Below are positions 11,742-20,746 of a DNA stretch of 64,000 nt, piece by piece. This DNA is from Candidatus Poribacteria bacterium (GTDB lineage Bacteria; Poribacteria; WGA-4E; PCPOR2b). Location: positions 45,098 to 109,097 of the forward strand of contig JAJECO010000003.1 in the NCBI GenBank assembly GCA_022822005.1, read 5' to 3'. How positions within the stretch are numbered: position 1 is the first letter of the stretch; every line of letters starts with the position of its first letter. The notes under the pieces were generated by a model. The model ran no database searches, was not told where the DNA came from, and saw only the letters and a list, made by a program, of their open reading frames with translations. Position numbers and translations under genes: made by a program.

Positions 11742-11771
11742 ATAGTATCATCAAAGGGAGGGTTTTGTCAA
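11742..11771 (-). promoter_or_regulatory. Sigma70-type promoter of rplM-rpsI
   Basis: TTGACA-N18-TACTAT with a TG extension. Confidence 0.6.
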
Positions 11772-11894
11772 GGTTTGATCTGGACAATTTTGGATAAATC
11801 AACGAATTCTCGCGCTTTTTGCTTCCTTCCCCCTGTATGCGAGAGGCTCGTTACACTGAATCCGGATAGCGTTACGCATCTGATCAAATTCAGA

Positions 11895-12016
11895 TAGGGT
11901 CATTTAGTTTTTCTGTAGGAGGGATTTCCAAATCCCGACACTTCGCCCCAAGAGCAACTTCCCGACTCTGACCTTTCAAACAAAATGCGTAATAAGCCTA
12001 AAACTGAATAGCCCTA
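11895..12016. mobile_element. MITE-like element, family S4, with GTAG-REP cargo
   Basis: TAGGGTCATTTAGTTTT...AAAACTGAATAGCCCTA inverted ends; second copy at 42559-42681. Confidence 0.75.
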
Positions 12017-12034
12017 AAATTCAGAAAAGTAGGC

Positions 12035-12064
12035 TTGACAAAAAGTAGCATATCATTTTAGAAT
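12035..12064 (+). promoter_or_regulatory. Sigma70-type promoter of the STAS gene
   Basis: TTGACA-N18-TAGAAT. Confidence 0.6.
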
Positions 12065-12144
12065 GAAAGCAGATAGAAAACAGCGGATCTATATTTTTCA
12101 AAATAACCGGCTTTTTGCCACATAACATTTCAGGAGAAGAAGTG

Positions 12145-12489
12145 ATGGATGTCAATGTTGAACACAAGGATGGCGTTATCGTTCTGAAACTTGGTGGGAG
12201 AATTGTGGGTATCGCAGGGGGCGAGCTCAGACAGATAATCGAAGAGCAGCTGGCAAATGCCCCTGACTCCCCTAAATTCCTGTTTGATTTTGCCGATGTA
12301 TCCCGGATGGATAGTTCCGGAATCGGAACGCTGATCGGCTTGCACGTATCCGTTGCACGCAAGAACGGGCGGATCGGTGTGATCAACGTTAGTAACACTA
12401 TCAACAATCTCCTTGTGATAGGGAGGCTAATTACTATCTTTGAACATTTTGACAGCGAAGATGAAGCTATCTCTGCGCTACAGGGATAG
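12145..12489 (+). CDS. STAS-domain anti-sigma factor antagonist
   Basis: DFADVSRMDSSGIGTLI phospho-Ser motif; about 115 aa; AGGAG upstream. Confidence 0.9.
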   Translation: MDVNVEHKDGVIVLKLGGRIVGIAGGELRQIIEEQLANAPDSPKFLFDFADVSRMDSSGIGTLIGLHVSVARKNGRIGVINVSNTINNLLVIGRLITIFEHFDSEDEAISALQG

Positions 12490-12554
12490 CAAGTCCTGCC
12501 ATGGCAAAACGGACCGATTTTGCGTATGGCGCAAACTATCCCGATTCCTACTCA

Positions 12555-13838
12555 TCAGGGACTGTCCGCACGAAACGTCCTTGGCAGCAGTTCATGGACA
12601 GTTCGAACAATCATATCCTCCACAGCAGGTGCGAAGCGCGTGGGGCGATCGTAGTAAATCATCGCCCCTTCGCCTTCGTAGCCACCCTCCCTCAGAATGC
12701 GTCTCGAAGGAATATAGCACGGTACGTCGTTGCAGTACGCATTGACCCACAGACGCGAAGCGTCGCACTCACGCTTAAGACGAACTGAATAATCAACCAC
12801 CACCTCGCCGGGCAGAAAAACGACTGCAAGTTCATCCCCAAAAGTCCAGGTCTGGATCGGGTAGGGGAGCGCAGTCTGAAGGGCTTCGCCGCGATCCAAT
12901 CGATTGAGTTGTATCTGCGCGTGGTAGCCGATTGCCCCGCCGCCCTCCACGCGTTCCTCCCACTCTTGACGGGTAGGCAATGCGTCAAAAGGTAAGTCAA
13001 CGCGCTTGACCTGACCTGTGAGTTTCCCTTCCAAGACGGTAAGGTCACTACCAAGGAGTCGGTTCACTTCGGCGGCAATCGTATGACCATGCTGTCGTGC
13101 AAAGTTTAGCCCGGTCCGCGGTGCGGGATTCGCATCTCCTGCACATCCGATCGCCACCAGTGCAATTGCATCGGGATAATCTGCCTCGATATAGGCACTC
13201 GCATAGCCTGCCCAATCTCCGCAGACAGCGTTAAAATCGCCGCCGAGCGTGGTGCAGTGACAGGCGTAACTGGTGAGAACTGCCCGCAGCCCACCGTCAC
13301 CTCCGACGGCACGAAGCATCGGCAAGGCATGGTCAACGGGACCCCCCTTCGTCCGACGATTAGCGGCGAATCCAACCCTTCCTTCTCCCCACGAGAGAGA
13401 ACCGGGGCAGAGATCAGCGAGTGCTGCCTTTGCTACCTGCTTCAGTTTCTCCGTCAACTCGCGGGTATAGCGATCAATATTCTCCTGATGCGCTTCAGGA
13501 ACTGGCACTCCAAACAGTGTCCGCAGCACGCCTGAGAGGTATGGCGCACTGTGGGTATGCGTGGAACAGATTACAAATTGTTCACGAGCAACACCTGCGT
13601 CTTCCTTTACCTTGGCAGCAACCTCCTCGGTGATGTCATCCGGCACACCACAGTTATCCACCGTTATTAACACAGCAGGACTTTCGGTTCCGCTGCGGAT
13701 CGCTAACGCCTTCGCCCAGATCCGCTGTTCAACGCTATCCGCCTCATCTCGTCGCCCGCCGTAGCCACTGAGTCGAACCGGGAAATCGGGTGTGATATCA
13801 ATCTTTGCGGTACCAACTTGGTAGTTTGTCTCACTCAC
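12555..13838 (-). CDS. Neutral/alkaline ceramidase-like amidohydrolase
   Basis: GTAKIDITP, THTHSAP, YACHCT, GCAGDANP, LPGEVV and YIPS motifs. Confidence 0.8.
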   Translation of the reverse strand: MSETNYQVGTAKIDITPDFPVRLSGYGGRRDEADSVEQRIWAKALAIRSGTESPAVLITVDNCGVPDDITEEVAAKVKEDAGVAREQFVICSTHTHSAPYLSGVLRTLFGVPVPEAHQENIDRYTRELTEKLKQVAKAALADLCPGSLSWGEGRVGFAANRRTKGGPVDHALPMLRAVGGDGGLRAVLTSYACHCTTLGGDFNAVCGDWAGYASAYIEADYPDAIALVAIGCAGDANPAPRTGLNFARQHGHTIAAEVNRLLGSDLTVLEGKLTGQVKRVDLPFDALPTRQEWEERVEGGGAIGYHAQIQLNRLDRGEALQTALPYPIQTWTFGDELAVVFLPGEVVVDYSVRLKRECDASRLWVNAYCNDVPCYIPSRRILREGGYEGEGAMIYYDRPTRFAPAVEDMIVRTVHELLPRTFRADSP

Positions 13839-13860
13839 AGTTCTACCCCTTTATGAAGAG

Positions 13861-14892
13861 TTACGCATCCAGTGTCGGCATATCCACAGCACCCGCCCTA
13901 CGCTCATGGATATTCAACTCCATCGAATCCGGGTAGCGCATCGGAGGGGCGGAGACTTCGCTCAACCTCGCCAACGCATCAGCAGGAAGACTCCAACCTG
14001 AACAACCGATGTTATCCCGGAGTTGTTCCACCTTTGTTGATCCGACGATGACTGAGGTTATGCCCTCCTGTTCCAGAATCCATCGCAAAGCTACCTGTGC
14101 CATGCTCCTGTCCAGTCCTTGTGCGACATCTTGGAGTGTTTCCAAGATTTTCTGTATCCGTGGGTCAAGGTATCGGTCCATTGAAGACTCTGCCCTTCGA
14201 GCAAAACGCGAATCTTCCGGAGGCGGCTCGCCCGCTCTATACTTTCCGGTTAGGTATCCTGACGCCAACGGTCCCCAAACATAGACACCAACCCCTTTAT
14301 CACGACAAACGGGTAAGATTTCTTCCTCAATGTCGCGCGTCAGTAGATTGTACTGGGGTTGCAGTGCCTCATAGCGTGCTAAATTCTTTACCTCGCTAAT
14401 CCACAGGGCATCACACAACCGCCAAGCGTACTCGTTGCTGCAACCGATGTAGCGGACCTTGCCCTGATGTACAAGATCATCGAGGGCGCGTAGGCGTTCC
14501 TCAGTCGGCGTTTCCCTATCGACATGATGGATGAGGAAGAGGTCAATATGGTCAATCTGTAGCCGTCTCAGACTGTCCTCCACCGATCTCATGATATGTA
14601 CCCGTGAAGTGCCGGAATCGTTGATGTCCGTTCCCATTGGGTTGAACACTTTGGTCGCGATAATAAGTTTATCGCGCTTCCCTTTCATGATGCGCCCCAA
14701 AATCGTCTCTGACCGACCTTCAGCGTATGAATTTGCCACATCAAAAAAGTTAATGCCGGCGTCCAACGCACAGTTGAAGATTGCATCCGATTCGGCTTCG
14801 TCGTTGCCCCAATCGGTTGCCCCAAAGGTCATCGTCCCCAAACAGACCTCTGAAACTTTGAGTCCAGTTCTTCCTAAACGTCTGTATTGCAT
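13861..14892 (-). CDS. Aldo/keto reductase
   Basis: LGRTGLKVSEVCLGTMTFG, DVANSY, IATK, GKVRYIGCSN, QPQYNLL. Confidence 0.93.
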   Translation of the reverse strand: MQYRRLGRTGLKVSEVCLGTMTFGATDWGNDEAESDAIFNCALDAGINFFDVANSYAEGRSETILGRIMKGKRDKLIIATKVFNPMGTDINDSGTSRVHIMRSVEDSLRRLQIDHIDLFLIHHVDRETPTEERLRALDDLVHQGKVRYIGCSNEYAWRLCDALWISEVKNLARYEALQPQYNLLTRDIEEEILPVCRDKGVGVYVWGPLASGYLTGKYRAGEPPPEDSRFARRAESSMDRYLDPRIQKILETLQDVAQGLDRSMAQVALRWILEQEGITSVIVGSTKVEQLRDNIGCSGWSLPADALARLSEVSAPPMRYPDSMELNIHERRAGAVDMPTLDA

Positions 14893-14983
14893 GTTTTTCT
14901 CCTTCTTGTAATGCGGTCTGATTTTACTTGCCATTTTATCATATCTCCTCCAGTCGATACAACGGCAAACATCAATTAAAACT

Positions 14984-15011
14984 TTGCATTCCCCATATTA
15001 TTCTGTATAAT
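14984..15011 (+). promoter_or_regulatory. Putative sigma70 promoter upstream of the MFS gene
   Basis: TTGCAT-N16-TATAAT. Confidence 0.5.
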
Positions 15012-15184
15012 GAAAACAGCGATTGTAAGGTAGCTCTTGATTTCCGTTAAGCCCTGGTTCAGCATAGTTGAGACCGGAGACATGCCTATGTGCACCCCAC
15101 CCAAAAATCGAAAGATTTCTGCCGACCTCCATAAGAAATTTAAAGGTACAGCAGATATCTTCCAGAGATAGGTCCCATAAACTA

Positions 15185-16360
15185 ATGTGGAATCGCCAAT
15201 TCATCTCATTGTGCCTTATCCTACTTGCAGCGGGACTTGTCACCGCCCCTATCGAACTCCTGTTCCCGGTCTATGTGGAGGAGGCATTGGGCAAAACCGT
15301 ATGGTTCGCCGCGCTATTACGCGCAGTTCCCATCGCTCTCGGCGGTATATTCGCTTTGGTCGGTGGTGCGTTGAGCGATCGATTGGGTCGGAAGTCCACG
15401 TTAATTTTAGGGATGACAGGGGCACTGGTTGTGGGGGTCGTGTTCATAAGTGAGCAACCGTTGCTAATCTGGGGAGTGCTCTGCTATCAGGGGATTGCCT
15501 CCGGTTTCCGGATAGCGGGTGGCCAATCGTATCTTATCAGCGCCGTTGACGCGAACCGGCTTGGCTTGGCAGCCGCTGTCTACTTCATGACGTACACATT
15601 CGGAGGATCAATGGGCAGCGCAATTGGAGGTGAGTTAATCGATCGCTTCAATTACGGAGTTGTTGGCGGCGGAACGATTTTTGTCATGATCTTGCTCATT
15701 TTGGCAGCGCTTATCCTTCTACCTCGCCTGCCGCGTGGGGGCGATGAACGGAAATCTTTCACTCAAATGTTAGCAGGGTATGGGGAAATGCTCCGACGCC
15801 GAGAGGTCCGGCTATTGCTCGGAATGCGTTTTCTGCCGACTTACTCTTGGGGGACGGTCAGTCTCCTACTGCCGGTTCTGATTGCACGCGCCTCCGGTGT
15901 TAGGCTGGCAGGATACTACGGTGCATCAAGAGATCTGTTTGCCGCCTGCTGCCAGCTGATATCGGGTCGGGTTTGTGATACTGTCGGCGCTAAGGCCACC
16001 GCCCTTGTTGCGACCTGTCTTGTCGCACTGAGTGTGGTCCTAATTACGCTAAATACAGGTTCGACAACCCTGATATTTGTATTGGGGGTCTTCGGTGCAG
16101 GGGCAGCATGGTCGGTTTCAATCACAATGCCTCGCCTCATTGATGAGTTTTTTGCCACGGAGGAGAAGGGACGGGGTGTTGGGATAACGCATCTTGCGTG
16201 GAGTTCAGGTTTCCTCTCAGGACACATGGTGGGAGGCAGACTCGAATCGGTGAGTATCTCCTTGCCGTTTGCTGTGGCTGCGGGTATGGTTGTTATTTCG
16301 GCGATACTCGCGTTTCGGCTTTGGCGGAGCGGGAAAGTGAAAAAAGCGCCTAGCTATTGA
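15185..16360 (+). CDS. MFS transporter
   Basis: About 12 hydrophobic helices; MFS motif A (GALSDRLGRK). Confidence 0.9.
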   Translation: MWNRQFISLCLILLAAGLVTAPIELLFPVYVEEALGKTVWFAALLRAVPIALGGIFALVGGALSDRLGRKSTLILGMTGALVVGVVFISEQPLLIWGVLCYQGIASGFRIAGGQSYLISAVDANRLGLAAAVYFMTYTFGGSMGSAIGGELIDRFNYGVVGGGTIFVMILLILAALILLPRLPRGGDERKSFTQMLAGYGEMLRRREVRLLLGMRFLPTYSWGTVSLLLPVLIARASGVRLAGYYGASRDLFAACCQLISGRVCDTVGAKATALVATCLVALSVVLITLNTGSTTLIFVLGVFGAGAAWSVSITMPRLIDEFFATEEKGRGVGITHLAWSSGFLSGHMVGGRLESVSISLPFAVAAGMVVISAILAFRLWRSGKVKKAPSY

Positions 16361-16439
16361 TATAATTTTTAATGGACAATAAAACGACTTAGGATGTAAT
16401 TTCCACTCAACCTTTTTTGCATCATATCTATCATAAAAA

Positions 16440-16616
16440 ATGACAAGCCGTGAAATTATTGCACGACTTAAAAGAGAAGGATGGCTGCTCCTTCATATTC
16501 GTGGAAGTCATCATCAATACAAACATCCCAACAAGTCAGGCAAAGTTATCGTTCCCCACCCAAGGAAAAATTTCCCGAAAGGTACACTGAGGAACATCTA
16601 TCGGCAGGCAGGTTGA
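16440..16616 (+). CDS. hicA: HicA-family toxin (58 aa, absent from the ORF track)
   Basis: Manual translation MTSREIIARLKREGWLLLHIRGSHHQYKHPNKSGKVIVPHPRKNFPKGTLRNIYRQAG; GSH motif; directly upstream of hicB. Confidence 0.9.
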   Translation: MTSREIIARLKREGWLLLHIRGSHHQYKHPNKSGKVIVPHPRKNFPKGTLRNIYRQAG

Positions 16617-16637
16617 GATTGGCCCTAGAGGTGTTTT

Positions 16638-17048
16638 ATGCGCTACCCAGTTGTTATCCACAAAGATCCAGATAGCGATTACGGTGTAACCGTTCCAGAT
16701 CTTCCGGGTTGTTTTACCGCCGGAGACACGATTGATGACACAATCGCTCAAGCCGCGGAAGCCATCGAATGCCACATTGAAGGGTTGGTACTCGACGGCA
16801 ATTCAATTCCAACACCCCGTAACATTGAGTTCCATCAGAAAAAGCCAGATTATGCCGATGGGGTTTGGGCGTTAGTATCGGTAACTCTTGATAAACTCCC
16901 AGGTGAATCACGTCGTGTTAATATCACTATGCATGAAATTCTGTTAGCATTGATAGACCAACATGCTAAGCAGCATGGCGAGACCCGATCGAAGTTTATC
17001 GCACAAGCAACAATGGAGTTTATCGCAAGTCATAGCACCGTTGAATAA
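16638..17048 (+). CDS. hicB: HicB-family antitoxin with C-terminal ribbon-helix-helix
   Basis: YGVTVPDLPGCFTAGDT and RVNITM motifs. Confidence 0.92.
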   Translation: MRYPVVIHKDPDSDYGVTVPDLPGCFTAGDTIDDTIAQAAEAIECHIEGLVLDGNSIPTPRNIEFHQKKPDYADGVWALVSVTLDKLPGESRRVNITMHEILLALIDQHAKQHGETRSKFIAQATMEFIASHSTVE

Positions 17049-17079
17049 ACGTGCCGTGCATGGGTTGAAAGGACATTCT

Positions 17080-18189
17080 ATGCGTCAGCGGGCTTCGACC
17101 GCGCTCTTTCACGGGGCGGGTCAACCATTTGAACTCTCTAAACAGGAAATTATAGCGCCAAATATAGATGAGGTACTGGTTCAGGTGTCGTTGGCGACGA
17201 TCTGCGGTTCAGACCTGCACACCTTTACAGGACGCCGGACCGCACCCGTTCCGTGCGTATTGGGCCACGAAGCGGTTGGGCGCGTTGCTGCACCGACGCA
17301 GGTTCGCGATGCGTATGGCAATCCTTTGCACGAAGGCGACCGTGTGACGTGGAGCATCATGGCGGCATGTGGTACGTGCGAATATTGTAACAAACGAAAT
17401 CTGCCACAGAAGTGTGAGAAGCTGTTCAAGTATGGACATGCACGAAGTGAGGATCCATATTTCCTCAACGGCGGTTTCGGAGAATGGATTTGCCTTCGAT
17501 CGGGAACAGCGATCTACCGCATCCCTGATGCGGTAAGCGACATCGAAGCAGCACCGCTCAACTGTGCCCTCGCTACGGTTTTGGGTGGACTGGCAACGCT
17601 TGACCTGACGGACCGAGCCAGCGCGGTTGTTCAAGGCGCAGGCATGTTAGGCATTTACGCTGCGTGCTGTCTACGTGAACGAGGGTTTGAAATTGTCGCA
17701 TGCGTAGACCGTGTTACCGAGCGGCTTCGCATCGTGGAAGCCTTCGGTGCAACCCACACATTTAATCTCTCCGAAACCTCCACCGTGGAGATCGAGGAAG
17801 CCTTATACGGTGTAACGGGTGGGCGCGGTGTCGATCTCGCCGTTGAAGTGAGCGGCTCAGAAGCTGCGTTAGTCAACTCGCTTGATTGGTTGGGAATCGG
17901 TGGGAGCTGCTTGACGCTCGGCTACGTCTTCCCACACGCCGATGTCACGGTAGACGCACATAAGGTTGTGACAAAATGCTTGACGGTGCGAGGGAATCAT
18001 AACTATCATCCGTCCGCGTTAGGAGACGCACTTCGGTTTGTTGAGGAGACGCGGGAACGGTATCCATTTGAGGATTTAGTCGGTGCGGTCTATCCCCTGA
18101 AGGAAATCAATCCTGCATTTGATCGGGCGATGCAGGGAGATTTGATTCGAGTAGGCATTAATCCAAGTTTAGAAGGGAAGCCGTTGTGA
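17080..18189 (+). CDS. Zinc-dependent alcohol dehydrogenase, resembling the phosphonate-catabolism-associated family (TIGR03366-like)
   Basis: ICGSDLH, GHEAVG, CGTCEYC..C, LFKYGH, PLNCALAT, GNHNY; overlaps the phnA start. Confidence 0.85.
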   Translation: MRQRASTALFHGAGQPFELSKQEIIAPNIDEVLVQVSLATICGSDLHTFTGRRTAPVPCVLGHEAVGRVAAPTQVRDAYGNPLHEGDRVTWSIMAACGTCEYCNKRNLPQKCEKLFKYGHARSEDPYFLNGGFGEWICLRSGTAIYRIPDAVSDIEAAPLNCALATVLGGLATLDLTDRASAVVQGAGMLGIYAACCLRERGFEIVACVDRVTERLRIVEAFGATHTFNLSETSTVEIEEALYGVTGGRGVDLAVEVSGSEAALVNSLDWLGIGGSCLTLGYVFPHADVTVDAHKVVTKCLTVRGNHNYHPSALGDALRFVEETRERYPFEDLVGAVYPLKEINPAFDRAMQGDLIRVGINPSLEGKPL

Positions 18190-19298
18190 GCCATCGCAAG
18201 GTTTTGATTATCTGCATAGACGCCGGGGGACACGACTACCTCGCCGCCAGCGATATACCCAATATCGACAGGTTAGCGGGGGAGGGCTTCTATCAGCATG
18301 TAAGGTCCGTCATTCCTTCGGTCACAAATGTCAACAACGTGAGCCTCGCCACAGGGACTTTCCCAGAAACGCACGGCATCACGACCAACTATCACGTTGA
18401 CCGCGAGACAGGCAAGGGAGAGTTCGTAGAGGATAACCGCTTTCTACTCGCACCGACGTTATTTGAGCGTGCAAAACAGTCGGGCTTTGCAGAGAAAACC
18501 GCCCTGCTCGTTACGAAGAAAAAGCTGCTCCGTATGCTTGAGGCTGGAACAGATATCGCTATCGCGGCGGAAGACCCGCCGCCCGAAGACGTTGAGTTAG
18601 TTGGACCGGCTGAGGAGATCTACTCGTCGGAGATCAATTGGTGGTTGCTGCGGGCATTACGCGAGGTTCTACGGGAACATGACCCGCAACTCGCCTACTG
18701 TTCAACAACGGACTGGAATCAGCATAAGTACGCCCCGACCGAGGAACATTCGCTGCAGCATATCGCAGAACTGGATCGACTTATTGGAGAGATTGTGGAC
18801 GATGATCCGGAACGTGAGATTTATATCACCGCAGATCACGCGATGTTGCCGAAGGCACGCGCGCTCGATCCGGGGCGTTGGTTGACCGAGCATGGCATCC
18901 CGTCAAGTGCTATTCCTATCATCAAAGACCGCTATGTCGCACATCACGGCAATTTGGGAGGGGCGGCGTATGTTTTTCTCCAGAAAGCGGGAGATCTTCC
19001 GAAGGCAATTGAAATGTTGGGCGCTGCGCCGGGGGTTGAGGAGGTTTACTCGTCAGACGAAGCGGCGGTTCAATTTCGGCTTCACCCGGATCGGATTGGG
19101 GATATTTTTGTCCTCGCAGATCGAGACACCGTTTTTGGCGAACTTACCGAGACAGAGACAGCCGTCGATATCAGATCTCACGGCTCACGGCATGAGAGCG
19201 AAGTGCCCGTCATCGGGTACAATAGCCTGTGGGCAGCAAGCGATTTCGCGTATAACCTTGATGTCGGTCGCTTATTTCTGAAAAGCCTTGCAGATTAA
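18186..19298 (+). CDS. phnA: Phosphonoacetate hydrolase-like enzyme (alkaline phosphatase superfamily)
   Basis: ICID, PSVTNVNNVSLATG..P..HGI, TTDWNQHKYAP, TADH, DRIGD and RSHG motifs. Confidence 0.75.
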   Translation: MSHRKVLIICIDAGGHDYLAASDIPNIDRLAGEGFYQHVRSVIPSVTNVNNVSLATGTFPETHGITTNYHVDRETGKGEFVEDNRFLLAPTLFERAKQSGFAEKTALLVTKKKLLRMLEAGTDIAIAAEDPPPEDVELVGPAEEIYSSEINWWLLRALREVLREHDPQLAYCSTTDWNQHKYAPTEEHSLQHIAELDRLIGEIVDDDPEREIYITADHAMLPKARALDPGRWLTEHGIPSSAIPIIKDRYVAHHGNLGGAAYVFLQKAGDLPKAIEMLGAAPGVEEVYSSDEAAVQFRLHPDRIGDIFVLADRDTVFGELTETETAVDIRSHGSRHESEVPVIGYNSLWAASDFAYNLDVGRLFLKSLAD

Positions 19299-19384
19299 CT
19301 GGTATTTCAGAGGCTGCGCCGAATGCAAGCCGTAATCATACAAAATCGACCTTAGCGTTCATTAGAAAACGGAGAGATAGTAAT

Positions 19385-20746
19385 ATGGCAAGAACTTCAG
19401 ACCAACCCAATGTCATCGTGTTTTTCACAGACCAGCAGCGGTGGGACACAACCGGTGTCCATGGCAACCCGCTGGACCTGACACCCAATTTCGATCGGAT
19501 GGCGCAACGGGGTACACACCTCCATCGCTCGTTCACATGCCAACCCGTCTGTGGTCCTGCACGTTCCTGCTTGCAGACCGGACTTTACGCCACGGAAACG
19601 GGGTGTCACCGAAACGGCATTCCGCTGTCGCCAGATCTGAAGACGCTCGCCCACCATTTTGGTGAGAACGGCTATAGGACCGGTTATATCGGCAAGTGGC
19701 ATCTCTACGACAGAGGTGTTGAGGGTGCCGTTCCTGAATCTGCACGCGCCGGTTATGAATATTGGCTCGCCTCTAACGTGCTTGAGTTTACCTCTGATGC
19801 GTATCACACCGTCCTCTACGATAATGACAACAATGCCGTCAAACTCCCCGGCTATCGCGTGGATGCTGTCACTGACGCGATGATTCGGTATATTGACGCG
19901 CACCAAGGCGATCCATTTTACCTTTTCACCTCATATATCGAACCGCACCACCAGAATCACCTCGACGATTATCCGCCGCCAGATGGGTACCGTGAACGTT
20001 ACGCGGGGAGATGGATTCCGCCAGATCTCGCTGCGTTGGGCGGCTCAACGCATCAGCATATCGCTGGCTATTACGGCATGGTCAAACGCCTTGATGAGGC
20101 ACTTGGTCGGGTGTTGGACGCGCTTAAAAGCCTCGACCTGCTCGACGACACAATTTTGCTCTTTACATCGGATCACGGCTGCCACTTCAAGACGCGAAAT
20201 GCGGAATACAAACGCTCCTGTCACGAGAGTTCAATCCGTGTTCCAACAGCGTTGCACGGTCCCGGTTTCAATGGCGGAGGACAACTTGAACAGTTGGTTA
20301 GTCTCGTTGACCTGCCGCCAACACTTCTGGATGCTGCAGGGATTCCCGTGCCGGACGAGATGCAAGGCCGTTCAATCCTTCCACTAACGCGAGGTGAGAC
20401 GGAAGGGTGGCCTGAAGAGGTCTTCGTTCAGATAAGTGAGTCACAGGTGGGACGTGCTGTACGCACCGAGCGATGGAAGTATGGCGTTACTGCGCCGGGC
20501 GGACGTAGCGCACAAGGTGCGGGGTCGGACCGGTATGTCGAGGAGTACCTGTACGACTTGCAGGCGGACCCGTATGAGTTGGCAAACTTGATTGGACGGG
20601 AATCGCATCAGGAGGTCTCCGCGGTGATGCAGGATCGTCTCATCCGTCGTATGGTAGCGGCAGGGGAAACGGCACCGACCATTGAAGCGGCGTCGACGCA
20701 AGCGAGCGGACAGCGTCGGGTATCTCCTGAAGAGGCGCGTGCTTAA
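19385..20746 (+). CDS. Formylglycine-dependent sulfatase
   Basis: TDQQRWD, CGPARSCLQTG (CxPxR), GKWH, SDHG. Confidence 0.92.
   Translation: MARTSDQPNVIVFFTDQQRWDTTGVHGNPLDLTPNFDRMAQRGTHLHRSFTCQPVCGPARSCLQTGLYATETGCHRNGIPLSPDLKTLAHHFGENGYRTGYIGKWHLYDRGVEGAVPESARAGYEYWLASNVLEFTSDAYHTVLYDNDNNAVKLPGYRVDAVTDAMIRYIDAHQGDPFYLFTSYIEPHHQNHLDDYPPPDGYRERYAGRWIPPDLAALGGSTHQHIAGYYGMVKRLDEALGRVLDALKSLDLLDDTILLFTSDHGCHFKTRNAEYKRSCHESSIRVPTALHGPGFNGGGQLEQLVSLVDLPPTLLDAAGIPVPDEMQGRSILPLTRGETEGWPEEVFVQISESQVGRAVRTERWKYGVTAPGGRSAQGAGSDRYVEEYLYDLQADPYELANLIGRESHQEVSAVMQDRLIRRMVAAGETAPTIEAASTQASGQRRVSPEEARA

Noticed and set aside
16614-16616. hicA TGA as selenocysteine
   Set aside because: No Cys-equivalent position in HicA, no SECIS-like hairpin, only three further codons
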